Below are positions 15,263 through 24,105 of a stretch of DNA of 25,229 bases, in pieces. The notes beneath the pieces were generated by a model that worked only from the letters and a program-made list of their open reading frames with translations, made no database searches and was not told the origin of the DNA. The stretch covers positions 1-25,229 of IMG/VR virus record IMGVR_UViG_3300006103_000071; one strand, given 5' to 3'. How positions within the stretch are numbered: the stretch's first letter is position 1; every line of letters starts with the position of its first letter. Both the position numbers and the translations under genes were made by a program. The DNA is from a virus. Its lineage: Duplodnaviria > Caudoviricetes.

Positions 15263-15949
15263 ATGACAACATTCACAACAGATGACCGTATAGCGGCAGA
15301 GCCTATACCTTTTGCTGGTTTAGTAGATCTAACAGTAAAGCAGGGAACAGATGAATGGCATCAACTTCGCCTGGGCAAAGTAACGGCCTCTAGGGTTGCC
15401 GACATACTTGCAACGACAAAGACTGGCCCCTCAGTTAGTCGAGTCAACTACCTGATTGAGCTTGCCTTACAGCGAGTTACAAAGGCCATAGAACCATCTT
15501 ACACCAACGCATCAATGGAATGGGGAACTTTAACCGAACCCCAAGCAAGGGTAGCTTATGAAGTTGCAAGCGGTAATTTTGTCGATCAAATTCCTTTTAT
15601 GGATCATCCTAAGATTAATTGGTTCGGTTGCTCTCCTGATGGCTTGGTTGGCAACGATGGGCTTATTGAAATTAAATGTCCTAACTCTCCTACACATTGG
15701 TCTTACATAAGGGCAGATGAACCGCCCAATAAATATGTAATACAAATGCAAGCGCAAATGGCGGTTACAGGACGTAAATGGTGCGACTTTGTATCGTTTG
15801 ATCCTAGGATGCCTGAGCGCAGCCAATTGTTTATAAAAAGAGTTCCAAGGGATGGCGAGTTCATTATTTTTATGGAAGCAGAAATCAATCGTTTTTTAAG
15901 TGAAGTAGAAGTGGAAGTTCAATTAATGGAGAAAAGAAATGTCAGTTAA
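15263..15949 (+). CDS. YqaJ / lambda-exonuclease family 5'-3' exonuclease
   Basis: QGTDEWHQLRLGKVTAS, MEWGTLTEP, CSPDG, IEIKCP, QMQAQM, WCDFVSFDPR. Confidence 0.92.
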   Translation: MTTFTTDDRIAAEPIPFAGLVDLTVKQGTDEWHQLRLGKVTASRVADILATTKTGPSVSRVNYLIELALQRVTKAIEPSYTNASMEWGTLTEPQARVAYEVASGNFVDQIPFMDHPKINWFGCSPDGLVGNDGLIEIKCPNSPTHWSYIRADEPPNKYVIQMQAQMAVTGRKWCDFVSFDPRMPERSQLFIKRVPRDGEFIIFMEAEINRFLSEVEVEVQLMEKRNVS

Positions 15950-16193
15950 ATACTTTGTAAAAGCAGCAGTTTCCGAATACATGGACAAAGAAGGAAAGCC
16001 AAAAAAGAAATATCAATCTATTGGTGTGGTTATGGAAACCAAACATGGGCTAATGCTTAAGATTGAAACCATTCCTGTGTTTGCCATGAAAGAAGGGTCA
16101 ATTTTTGCTTATTTAAATGAGCCTGAAGATAAGCCCCAGGGATATTCTGCGCCACAGAATTTAAGCCATATTGAAGAAGACGTTCCGTTTTAA
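15939..16193 (+). CDS. small single-stranded DNA-binding protein-like
   Basis: Beta-rich core and acidic C-terminal tip EEDVPF typical of SSB; follows annealase and exonuclease. Confidence 0.65.
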   Translation: MSVKYFVKAAVSEYMDKEGKPKKKYQSIGVVMETKHGLMLKIETIPVFAMKEGSIFAYLNEPEDKPQGYSAPQNLSHIEEDVPF

Positions 16194-16202
16194 GGAGTAA
16201 TT

Positions 16203-16400
16203 ATGTTAAGAGTGGAAAAGTTTAAGGAGCGCTTTCCTGAGGCTCCTGATAATGGAACGGCCCAAAAGTTATGGGAAACGGCCTGGAATGAAGCTATAAA
16301 AACGGCAATTAAACACATTGACATTTATACGACCTTGGACGAACCTACGGCTAGGGCTTATGCAATGAATATGATGGACGAACTGGAGGGATTGGCATGA
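16203..16400 (+). CDS. hypothetical protein
   Basis: 65 aa; AAGGAG RBS. Confidence 0.7.
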   Translation: MLRVEKFKERFPEAPDNGTAQKLWETAWNEAIKTAIKHIDIYTTLDEPTARAYAMNMMDELEGLA

Positions 16401-16603
16401 ACGATCACATTTGGACCGCAGCAGGAACAGATATAGAAGAGCGCTGGAGGGCTAAATATGGTTGGGTTAGACCTTCAGAACAGCCTGAATACCAAGCCAA
16501 ATTTAAGTATTACCAAGAACTGCCCCTAAGGAAACTTGACGATGAAGCCAAGGTTCAATACGAGGCAGTTTTACGAAAGGCCAAAGTAGCCAGGGTTCGT
16601 TAG
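16397..16603 (+). CDS. hypothetical protein
   Basis: 68 aa; GGAGG RBS; ATGA overlap. Confidence 0.7.
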   Translation: MNDHIWTAAGTDIEERWRAKYGWVRPSEQPEYQAKFKYYQELPLRKLDDEAKVQYEAVLRKAKVARVR

Positions 16604-16815
16604 TATTTCCGCATGTTTGGAAGAGGCGCTTCTGCTTGGCTTTTGCCTTCAGGATGCGCTTTTTCCATTGGTAGACTCATGTGCTTGTCTAATTTGGCTT
16701 CCAAGCGCTTTAATTCATGCTCAGTGGCCTTTTCATGCTCTCGTTCTACTATGTAGTGGCCCTTGCTTTTGCCGTCGCTTGCAGCGCCTGTAATTTTAAA
16801 ACTGTCTGCTTTCAT
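16600..16815 (-). CDS. His/Lys/Glu-rich hypothetical protein after endolysin
   Basis: 71 aa; AGGAG RBS; 1 bp after the endolysin stop. Confidence 0.65.
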   Translation of the reverse strand: MKADSFKITGAASDGKSKGHYIVEREHEKATEHELKRLEAKLDKHMSLPMEKAHPEGKSQAEAPLPNMRKY

Positions 16816-16816
16816 T

Positions 16817-17413
16817 TTATGCTCCTAAAATATCCATAGCTCGGTGAATTGCGGAAATCCGCTGGTCTAAACCTAGTGTGCCACCGTTAATCCGTTTTGT
16901 CATTGTGGTCCAATCTTCTACATCAGCACAAGAGTTTAAATTCTTTTTATTCCAAAACCAGCCTGCCGACATAGCAGCATTCTCAGGTTGTAAAAGTAGT
17001 TCAGGAACGTCTATTAATGGGCGATTAATTGCATCACCGCAAACAGTGTAATTAGCACGACCAGTAAGCTGAATAATGCCTCGTCCATGAAATCTCCATC
17101 CATCTCCGTCTTGAGTATTGCCTAAATCGGCTCTACCACCATAAACCTTGTTAGCTATCTTTTCAGGATTATTTTCGTATTTTTCAGCAGTATCCGTATC
17201 AGGAAAACGGCTAGGCCATACTCGCATTAACGCTGAAGCAGAATAATGAAGATTCTCTTCCAAAGTCTTAAAATTATTAGATTCATGCTGACATTGACCG
17301 ATAAACGCAGCTTGACGTTTTGGGGTATTAATCTCGTATTTATTAAAAGTCGCATTAAGTGGGTCTAGCCATTTAACATCAATCCCAAGGGCTAATAGTT
17401 GATCATTGTTCAT
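16817..17413 (-). CDS. endolysin, glycoside hydrolase family 19 (chitinase-like)
   Basis: AAFIGQCQHES, EENLHYSA, DGWRFHGRGIIQLTGRANY, SAGWFW, TKRINGG. Confidence 0.92.
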   Translation of the reverse strand: MNNDQLLALGIDVKWLDPLNATFNKYEINTPKRQAAFIGQCQHESNNFKTLEENLHYSASALMRVWPSRFPDTDTAEKYENNPEKIANKVYGGRADLGNTQDGDGWRFHGRGIIQLTGRANYTVCGDAINRPLIDVPELLLQPENAAMSAGWFWNKKNLNSCADVEDWTTMTKRINGGTLGLDQRISAIHRAMDILGA

Positions 17414-17831
17414 TTAACTTATTATTTTCTATAATCCAGTCCTGCAAGGACACTAGTTGGGCTGTTGTGATGGAGCATTGCTCGGCAAGAGATACCAGGT
17501 TAACGGTTTTTCCATTAATTGTGAGGGTGGCTGAGGCATTACTGGCGGACAGGGAACTGCCACTGGGCTGCTGCATCCTTGCATACATAGTATGTATAGA
17601 AGAGATCCTAGCTTCATAGCTTTGTTTAATTCCATCATTTATAAGTTCCTGTTCTTTTTGTATTGCTTTATTTTCCTCGATTTGCTTTTGCGCCACAATA
17701 GCTTGCTGATCCACATAATGAGAAAAACGCAAATGCTCGACATAAAAACCACTGAATATAAGAGCAAGATATAGTGCAATTTTGTAGTAACCACTAAAAC
17801 CGCCTGTAAATAAAGAAATTAAAAAGCTCAT
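17403..17831 (-). CDS. i-spanin (Rz-like)
   Basis: N-terminal hydrophobic helix, coiled coil, C-terminal QLVSLQDWI; hosts a nested lipoprotein ORF. Confidence 0.75.
   Translation of the reverse strand: MSFLISLFTGGFSGYYKIALYLALIFSGFYVEHLRFSHYVDQQAIVAQKQIEENKAIQKEQELINDGIKQSYEARISSIHTMYARMQQPSGSSLSASNASATLTINGKTVNLVSLAEQCSITTAQLVSLQDWIIENNKLNEQ
17453..17617 (-). CDS. o-spanin (Rz1-like lipoprotein) nested in the i-spanin gene
   Basis: MKLGSLLYILCMQG-CSS lipobox-like signal followed by Pro-rich PCPPVMPQPPSQLMEKP. Confidence 0.7.
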   Translation of the reverse strand: MKLGSLLYILCMQGCSSPVAVPCPPVMPQPPSQLMEKPLTWYLLPSNAPSQQPN

Positions 17832-18058
17832 TGTGGCTCTGCACCAGCCATGTGTTTTCCAGCTACCGCAGCCGCTCCTGAGCCTGATACGATGCCCAAA
17901 GCACCAGCTAGCTCAGTAAGACTGATCTCATGCCCTGCATAAATTAAATAAATTGCAGAACCTGCAACTACAAAAAAGCCAAGAAACCAAGCCCAACGAG
18001 CAATGTCATGGGTCTGATTGTCTTTGCCAGTCAAAATATGGGTAAAGATTTCGTTCAT
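17828..18058 (-). CDS. putative holin (two transmembrane segments)
   Basis: WAWFLGFFVVAGSAIYLIYA and LAGALGIVSGSGAAAVA; directly upstream of spanins. Confidence 0.6.
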   Translation of the reverse strand: MNEIFTHILTGKDNQTHDIARWAWFLGFFVVAGSAIYLIYAGHEISLTELAGALGIVSGSGAAAVAGKHMAGAEPQ

Positions 18059-18201
18059 TTTTTATTCCACAAATCAAACAAAACTTTCACTTTTTCCTCT
18101 AAAACAGCCACTCTATTGTCCGTTTTAGCTAAAACAATAACCAATGAAATAAATGCCAAAAGCAGCGGCCATATTTTGGCAAGTATATCTAAGGTATCCA
18201 T
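18055..18201 (-). CDS. small membrane protein (48 aa, N-terminal TM plus coiled coil), not in ORF track
   Basis: MDTLDILAKIWPLLLAFISLVIVLAKTDNRVAVLEEKVKVLFDLWNKK; overlaps both neighbours. Confidence 0.7.
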   Translation of the reverse strand: MDTLDILAKIWPLLLAFISLVIVLAKTDNRVAVLEEKVKVLFDLWNKK

Positions 18202-18410
18202 TATTTTTTATTTAAAAATACGTCAACCAAAATAGTAATAAAGCCACCTACTACAGATGCCACACCCATTAAAGCCCATAAAGAACCTTTAGAACGCTCT
18301 GCCATAGCTAACAAGGTTTTAATGTCATGACGCATTTCGTTCATTTCACGCTCCATAGCCTCAACCTTTTGCCACATTACACCGACTTTAACTGGATCAA
18401 TCTCAACCAT
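18201..18410 (-). CDS. small membrane protein (coiled coil plus C-terminal TM; holin/XhlA-like architecture)
   Basis: KVEAMEREMNEMRHDIKTLL then LWALMGVASVVGGFITILV. Confidence 0.65.
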   Translation of the reverse strand: MVEIDPVKVGVMWQKVEAMEREMNEMRHDIKTLLAMAERSKGSLWALMGVASVVGGFITILVDVFLNKK

Positions 18411-18412
18411 AA

Positions 18413-19147
18413 TTACGACTTCATAATAAATGCCAAAGCGTAATAAGGAGGCATATTTGCGCCTGATCCGCTTACACCAGCAGTTGCGTTGGTTGTTGCA
18501 ACAGTAATACCTGTCGTTGCCGCATTAGTTCCATAAGTTGAACCTGAGCCTGGAATTACTGGGCCACCACCATAAGAAGTGCCTGAGTTATTAACGTTAA
18601 ATGTATGTGAGTGGCTTGGATCACTTACTACAGAAGTCGCAGCATGGGTATGACTTACTACAATAGCATCAGTAGAGCCACCTGTAGCTCCTACAGCATA
18701 AGTATTTCCTGCGCCCAATACGAAAGAATTACGCAAATCAGGTGTGCCATTCGATCCATTACATAATAACCATCCACTAGGAATAGAACCAGTTGATCCT
18801 GACCAAATAGCAATTAAACCGCTTGGTACTGTATTAGATACAGCAGGGGCATTTTGCAAAATACCATAAAGATTATCAAGGGTAATTAAACTTGTACCTG
18901 ATGCGCTTTGAATAATAAATTTATAGCTATATCCTTGTAAAAGCCAAATTTCATTAGGAACTCGGCCTGCGCTATCTAATACGATAGGGTTAGCATTAGC
19001 AATTGTGCCAGCATTATCTTGATAAGTGGCTTGCGGAGTAGATGAGCCAGCCTGATAAGTATAGATAAGGCCACCAGCTAAAGGCACACCGTTGTTATCA
19101 AAAAATTGCTGGCCAACACCAACTGAGGATAGTAGAACGGATGCCAT
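18413..19147 (-). CDS. short tail fibre / collar-domain protein
   Basis: N-terminal QFFDNNGVPLAGGLIYTY..NPIVLDSAGR virion-attachment module; collar-like IPSGWLLCNGSNGTPDLRNSF; HTH/HSH metal motifs; NMPPYYALAFIMK end. Confidence 0.8.
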   Translation of the reverse strand: MASVLLSSVGVGQQFFDNNGVPLAGGLIYTYQAGSSTPQATYQDNAGTIANANPIVLDSAGRVPNEIWLLQGYSYKFIIQSASGTSLITLDNLYGILQNAPAVSNTVPSGLIAIWSGSTGSIPSGWLLCNGSNGTPDLRNSFVLGAGNTYAVGATGGSTDAIVVSHTHAATSVVSDPSHSHTFNVNNSGTSYGGGPVIPGSGSTYGTNAATTGITVATTNATAGVSGSGANMPPYYALAFIMKS

Positions 19148-19149
19148 TA

Positions 19150-21321
19150 TTATTCCTTACCGTAATTTATAAATTGATTAATTTTATTTATTTTTTGTTT
19201 TGTTTGGTGTTTTTTTACAATGTGCTTTCCAATCATTACGGCTGGAACAGGAACTCCTGTTGTTGCTCCTTGCACTGCCATTTCACCCAAAGCTGCTAAT
19301 AAAGTTGAAGTTGTTCCTGAAGTATTAACTGCACCTTGCGGCGCTGTTTGTAAGTCTTTTGTAACTTCATTTAAGGTTCTGTAATATTCAGCACCTTTTT
19401 TACCAAATATGTATTCTAATTTTCCGCTTTTGTCGAGATTAATAATGATTTTATCAAGAGCGGCAGTAGAAACATAAGGCTTACCATTAATATCTCGCCC
19501 AACACCTTTAGTAGCTTCATCTCTAATTCTTTCTGCAACAGCGCCACGCAATTCATTAATCATTTTTTGACCATCAGGAATGCGTTCTAATGTATTAAAT
19601 AATTGCTTTACATCAGACGTTGGACCTTTAAACATGGCTCGATCTATTACATTCTCAATAGCAACAGACCTTTGTTTTGTTTTTGGATTAATAGATACAA
19701 TATCTCTAATTACAGGAGTATTTTCAAACTCTTTCATATAAGCTGTATTAATTGCTCTCGCATTTTTATAAAGATCGCCACCTTTATTTTCAGTTAGTTT
19801 GTCGATTAACTTAACAACTTCTTTTCCATAATGCGCATTTGGGCCACCTTGCTGTGCCAAATTTCCTGTCATTTTGCGAATTTCTTCCAAGTCATTAATA
19901 GAAATTTGACCGCTTTTTTGAAGCGTTTCTAATTTCTTTTCAACAGAAGTTAAAACTGGAGCATTAATAGCTTCAGCTTCATGGTTTTTTAAGTATTTTT
20001 GCAAAGCGTCAACTTGTATAGGTTCGCTCATGTGGCCTGCTTCTCTTGCAGCTGTATAAGCTGGCTCAATTTGTTTATAGCGTCTTTCTTTTTCTAATCC
20101 TATTGTTTTATCTAACATTGAACCAAGCTCAGGAGCGCCAACACCAGCATGTTCAGCACCTGTCATTTCAATCAATTGATTTAAATTGTCTTGAATTTTT
20201 TGATTTTGCATAGCGTAATGTTCTTGCAACGGCTGGCCTAATACTGGGTCTTTTGCCGTTTCTCTTGCAAATTGCACATCACTAAAATTGCGAGTTGCTT
20301 GATCTTTAGAAAGTTCAATTGGAATGGGAAGTTCTTTAGCTCTTTCTATTCTGTTTTTTATTACAGGAACTTCTGCTGCGCCAACTCCAGCTAACTCAGC
20401 TTCTTTTTTGCCAAATTGTTCAGCAACTGTTTTTAATGCAGGTTTTACTGCGCCAACAGCAGATTCTGCGCCTTTGGCAATTACATTTTTAGATGCGCCA
20501 CCTGGTATTAAAACTAATTCAGGATCATAAATAGTTCCTTTAATTGTTTCACCAATAACACGACCTGGATGCTCTACAATTTCAGTACCAATTGCTTTAG
20601 CAGTTTCTAGCGGATGTTGAATAATTTGTTTAACACCACCAACAATTCCTTTGCCTTTTTCTATTAATTTTTCTGAAGCGGCTTTTTTGTCTTCTTCAGT
20701 AAATCCTGGCAAACCAAGGCTTGCAGCAGTGTATTCCACAGCAGGAGCCAATATAGATTCTTTTTTAAAGCCTTCTAAAGATATTTCATTTAATGGTTTT
20801 TTAAGTTCAGCCATAAAACCTTGTGGCTTTTGTTCTGTTGTTTTAGAGGTTGTGCCTCCTAAAATTAAATCGCTTACTTCATCAAAAGGAATTGCTTTAT
20901 TTTTGGCTTGTTCAATATATTGACCAACTGTCGGTGCTTTTGGATTTTTTAAATCTTTAAATTCTAAGTTAATAGAACCATTTGGATTAATAGCTTTAGG
21001 TCCTGCATAATATTCTGCTAATACTTTATCTATATCTCCTTCATGTCGATTGTAAGCATCTGCAATTAAAGCATCACCAGCTTCTTTATTGTGTTTTGGA
21101 TTATTAATGTCATATTCTTTAGGAATAAGACCTTTTTTCTTTAATCCTTCGAAAGTTGGAACGGTAACTTGCATAGGCCCAACAGCGCCAGCATAGTTTG
21201 GCTTGCTTGTGTCGGCTTTACCATAAGAGCTTTCTTGTCCATAAATCATATTCTGCGCATCTTCAACAGAATATTTTGCTTTGGGTGGTGCGCCAAGAAT
21301 TAATGAGCTTACGTCATCCAT
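19150..21321 (-). CDS. large DNA ejection (internal virion) protein with N-terminal lytic transglycosylase-like domain
   Basis: QESS (catalytic Glu), AVGPMQV, AEYYAGP motifs in first ~140 aa; position equals P22 gp16. Confidence 0.72.
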   Translation of the reverse strand: MDDVSSLILGAPPKAKYSVEDAQNMIYGQESSYGKADTSKPNYAGAVGPMQVTVPTFEGLKKKGLIPKEYDINNPKHNKEAGDALIADAYNRHEGDIDKVLAEYYAGPKAINPNGSINLEFKDLKNPKAPTVGQYIEQAKNKAIPFDEVSDLILGGTTSKTTEQKPQGFMAELKKPLNEISLEGFKKESILAPAVEYTAASLGLPGFTEEDKKAASEKLIEKGKGIVGGVKQIIQHPLETAKAIGTEIVEHPGRVIGETIKGTIYDPELVLIPGGASKNVIAKGAESAVGAVKPALKTVAEQFGKKEAELAGVGAAEVPVIKNRIERAKELPIPIELSKDQATRNFSDVQFARETAKDPVLGQPLQEHYAMQNQKIQDNLNQLIEMTGAEHAGVGAPELGSMLDKTIGLEKERRYKQIEPAYTAAREAGHMSEPIQVDALQKYLKNHEAEAINAPVLTSVEKKLETLQKSGQISINDLEEIRKMTGNLAQQGGPNAHYGKEVVKLIDKLTENKGGDLYKNARAINTAYMKEFENTPVIRDIVSINPKTKQRSVAIENVIDRAMFKGPTSDVKQLFNTLERIPDGQKMINELRGAVAERIRDEATKGVGRDINGKPYVSTAALDKIIINLDKSGKLEYIFGKKGAEYYRTLNEVTKDLQTAPQGAVNTSGTTSTLLAALGEMAVQGATTGVPVPAVMIGKHIVKKHQTKQKINKINQFINYGKE

Positions 21322-22568
21322 TACAGAGTTCCAGTTTGTTGGAGCTTCAGAATATTTTGATATTTTTGATTAAATACTTTACGTTCAGGGCTATTTTTAG
21401 GGCCTAATAATTGTTCGGTAATTTTTTCTTTTTCTTCCCTAGATAAATTGGTGTCTTTGGCTAAATTTATAACTTCAAAGACCTTAGAATCAGCATTTTT
21501 ATTCCACATTTGCTGGAATGCTTTCATGTTGTTGTCGCCATAAATTCTTGAATATTTATCTGCTGCTGTAGCTTGCATATCAATATTTGTCATATCGGCT
21601 TTAGCACGATTAGCAATTTTCATTAAAATTTCAGGAGGATAAGTATAATTCCCTTGAGCTGCTGCAATTAAATTTTTGTCTGCATCAGTAGATAGCCCCA
21701 GCGCTTTCATGTTGCTTAATTGAGCTTGAGCCAAATTTTTGCTTAATTCTAAATAAGTAGGATCACCTGCCCAAGTTGCAAGATGACGATAAGCTGAACC
21801 CAAAATTCCTGATGTTGGAGCCCACGATTTTTCTAGCTCATTAGCAGATTTAATAACTTCATCAACATTTCTGCGTTCAGTTGTTAATTGTGATTGTCTG
21901 CTCATCAAAGAATCTCTATAAGTAAATCCTTTGTCTTTTTCTGCTGTTTCAGATGGGTCAGGTGTATATATTTGTCCACCTTTGCGAACAGGGTAAACTG
22001 GTGCAACAGGTTGACTTAATTCAGGAACAGGCTGTGGTTCTGATTGTTTAGAAGGTATTGTTTGTGAAGGCTGTTGCCCTTTAGGCAAAGGTTGTGTTCC
22101 TGGAATGTTTGGAGAAATAGTACGGCCAGCGCTTTCAAATTGAGTGCTAGGTGTTTGTGCGCCATAAGTCATCTGATATAACTTTTTATAAGCAGCTTCA
22201 GGGCCTTCTTTTTCGTAAGACTTTTTTATTTGTTCTAATGGGTTATCAGGGCTTGTTACATCAAGTCCTTGATGATTAGCTGTTCTCTCAACAAAATCAA
22301 ATTCTTTAGCCATTTCTTCAGGATTTTTCCAATTAGAGCTTGCTAACAAAGAAGTTGCCAATCCTTTTGCTTTGTCTGCCTTTAATTGCTGAAAGGTAAA
22401 TTTTGCGCTTTCTGTTGCAGTTTGTTCTTGTTGCAACTTTAAAGGATTAATTTGTTGAGCTTGTTGGTATGCTTGCGCCCCTCTAGCAATATTAAGCATA
22501 TCTCCTATGCTTGTTGAGGCAGGAGGTTTTATTTCAGAAGCAACAGTAGATACGTTATATTCAGCCAT
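21321..22568 (-). CDS. DNA ejection protein (P22 gp20 position)
   Basis: 415 aa, Gln/Ala-rich helical; between gp7-like and the large ejection protein; call based on synteny. Confidence 0.6.
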   Translation of the reverse strand: MAEYNVSTVASEIKPPASTSIGDMLNIARGAQAYQQAQQINPLKLQQEQTATESAKFTFQQLKADKAKGLATSLLASSNWKNPEEMAKEFDFVERTANHQGLDVTSPDNPLEQIKKSYEKEGPEAAYKKLYQMTYGAQTPSTQFESAGRTISPNIPGTQPLPKGQQPSQTIPSKQSEPQPVPELSQPVAPVYPVRKGGQIYTPDPSETAEKDKGFTYRDSLMSRQSQLTTERRNVDEVIKSANELEKSWAPTSGILGSAYRHLATWAGDPTYLELSKNLAQAQLSNMKALGLSTDADKNLIAAAQGNYTYPPEILMKIANRAKADMTNIDMQATAADKYSRIYGDNNMKAFQQMWNKNADSKVFEVINLAKDTNLSREEKEKITEQLLGPKNSPERKVFNQKYQNILKLQQTGTL

Positions 22569-22577
22569 AATTTTTCC

Positions 22578-23390
22578 TTAAGCCGTCATATAGTCTGTGG
22601 CATATTGGCCGCCAGCAGAAGTAGCGCCTCCACCAAAATTAGCCAAAGAAGACGATGGGCCAATAAAATTGGATGAACCTTCGGTTGCTGAACCATAACC
22701 GCCGTAAGTATTCATTCCTTGGTTTTGATTTTGACCAAGCAATGAACCCAAATAAGCCATATTTCCAGCGTTTTGCACTGCACCACCGTAAGCATTTGCT
22801 GCGCCAACTTGACCAGCAGCTTGAGCGTTTGCCGCTCCAACCCCAAGGCTGGCAATTCCTTGCGCTGTGCCTGTAGAAAGGTTTCCAAGGCCTGATACCG
22901 CATTTTGACCAATATTTGCAATAGAAGCTAGATTGGAGTAAATATTTTGACGTTGCGCTTGATAATTATTAAAAGCGTTTTGATAAGCGTTTCCAGCAAA
23001 ATTTTGGGAATAGTTTTGCAACGCTTGTTGAGCATTGCCGCTAACTAAGCCGCCTGTTGCGTTTGATGCTGCATTTTGGGCCTGTTGCCCTTGCTGAAGC
23101 TGAAAAGCATAATTAGGGGCTAAATTAGCGTTTAAATCGGTATTATTGAACTGATTGGTCAAATAAGGCAGCATTGACGATATATTGCTTACACCTTGAT
23201 TACCTAAATTGGTATATGGGGTGTAATAAGGGGTCATAGCAGCAAGGTTTTGCTGTAAGGTTTGCTGGCCTTGATAAGCCCCTTGCGCTGCCGTTTGTCC
23301 AGCTTGCGATGCTCCGCCGCCACCAATTAAGCCGCCTACTACGTTGCCGATTATTGGGGCCGCTACTGCCGCTCCTATACTTGCACCCAT
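22578..23390 (-). CDS. DNA ejection/pilot protein (P22 gp7-like)
   Basis: Gly/Ala-rich hydrophobic N-terminus, PY...G, PNYAFQLQQGQQA..ASNATGGLVSGNAQQAL; GGAG RBS. Confidence 0.75.
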   Translation of the reverse strand: MGASIGAAVAAPIIGNVVGGLIGGGGASQAGQTAAQGAYQGQQTLQQNLAAMTPYYTPYTNLGNQGVSNISSMLPYLTNQFNNTDLNANLAPNYAFQLQQGQQAQNAASNATGGLVSGNAQQALQNYSQNFAGNAYQNAFNNYQAQRQNIYSNLASIANIGQNAVSGLGNLSTGTAQGIASLGVGAANAQAAGQVGAANAYGGAVQNAGNMAYLGSLLGQNQNQGMNTYGGYGSATEGSSNFIGPSSSLANFGGGATSAGGQYATDYMTA

Positions 23391-23425
23391 GATTTCTCCA
23401 ATCTATTGCCGTAATTTTCTCATTT

Positions 23426-23872
23426 TTACAACATTTTCGTAAATACTTTATCAATTAATTTATAACCTAAGTATTCAAAAAGACTGGAATTGTCTTGATG
23501 AATCTTGGTGTTATAAATAACCCTGTTTACAGCCTGATCTTTCAGAACCTTTTCGGCAAACTGAAACATCCTAATTCCCACTCTGCCTTTGCGATATTCT
23601 TTTTTCAAATAGTAAATATCTTCTTGGGCAGTTAAACAGCTTTTGTAATGAATATGTGGCGCAACAAAAAATATTATGTAGCCGACCAATTTTCCATTAT
23701 TTTTACAACTAATAAACTTTAATCTACCCATATCCCAAAGCGCCTTATAAGCGTCAAAATCAGGATCTAATGGGTATTCTTTTGTTACAGATAATTCTTC
23801 ATAATGCTCATCAATTATTTGTTTCCAATCTTCAAAACATGCTAAATAACTGTCATCTTTATATTCAATCAT
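23426..23872 (-). CDS. GNAT-family acetyltransferase
   Basis: EDIYYLKKEYRKGRVGIRMF acetyl-CoA motif A and LFEYLGY motif B. Confidence 0.75.
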   Translation of the reverse strand: MIEYKDDSYLACFEDWKQIIDEHYEELSVTKEYPLDPDFDAYKALWDMGRLKFISCKNNGKLVGYIIFFVAPHIHYKSCLTAQEDIYYLKKEYRKGRVGIRMFQFAEKVLKDQAVNRVIYNTKIHQDNSSLFEYLGYKLIDKVFTKML

Positions 23873-24105
23873 AGATTGTAATAAGGCACTTTATATTGTT
23901 TTCCCCCAACGGTGACATTCATAAATCCTGCTGGATTTGTCGGTAATGTGGCCGTTCCCTTTGTTGCAGTAGAAGAGCTAGAAAAGTTAAGCAGGTTTAA
24001 AAACCACTGTTGCCAAGCTCTTGTTGGCATTTTTGTAGCATCGTCAAGCAGTGGGGTTACTGGATAAGGGTTTCCCTGGGAAGATCCCCATAAAATATTA
24101 GCCAT
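23869..24105 (-). CDS. hypothetical virion-associated protein
   Basis: 78 aa; TRAWQQWF and LPTNPAGF..VPYY; coupled to both neighbours. Confidence 0.65.
   Translation of the reverse strand: MANILWGSSQGNPYPVTPLLDDATKMPTRAWQQWFLNLLNFSSSSTATKGTATLPTNPAGFMNVTVGGKQYKVPYYNL

Noticed and set aside
16600-16815. Weak N-terminal resemblance to the 9069-9335 protein (MKADSFKITGA vs MDAEVFKSGA)
   Set aside because: Short, gapped and low complexity; not distinguishable from chance by eye
23200-23454. 84-aa ORF and a 6-codon mini-ORF (MRKLRQ, 23403-23423) bridging GNAT and gp7-like genes
   Set aside because: Out of frame with well-supported genes and no RBS; the gp7-like gene has its own GGAG
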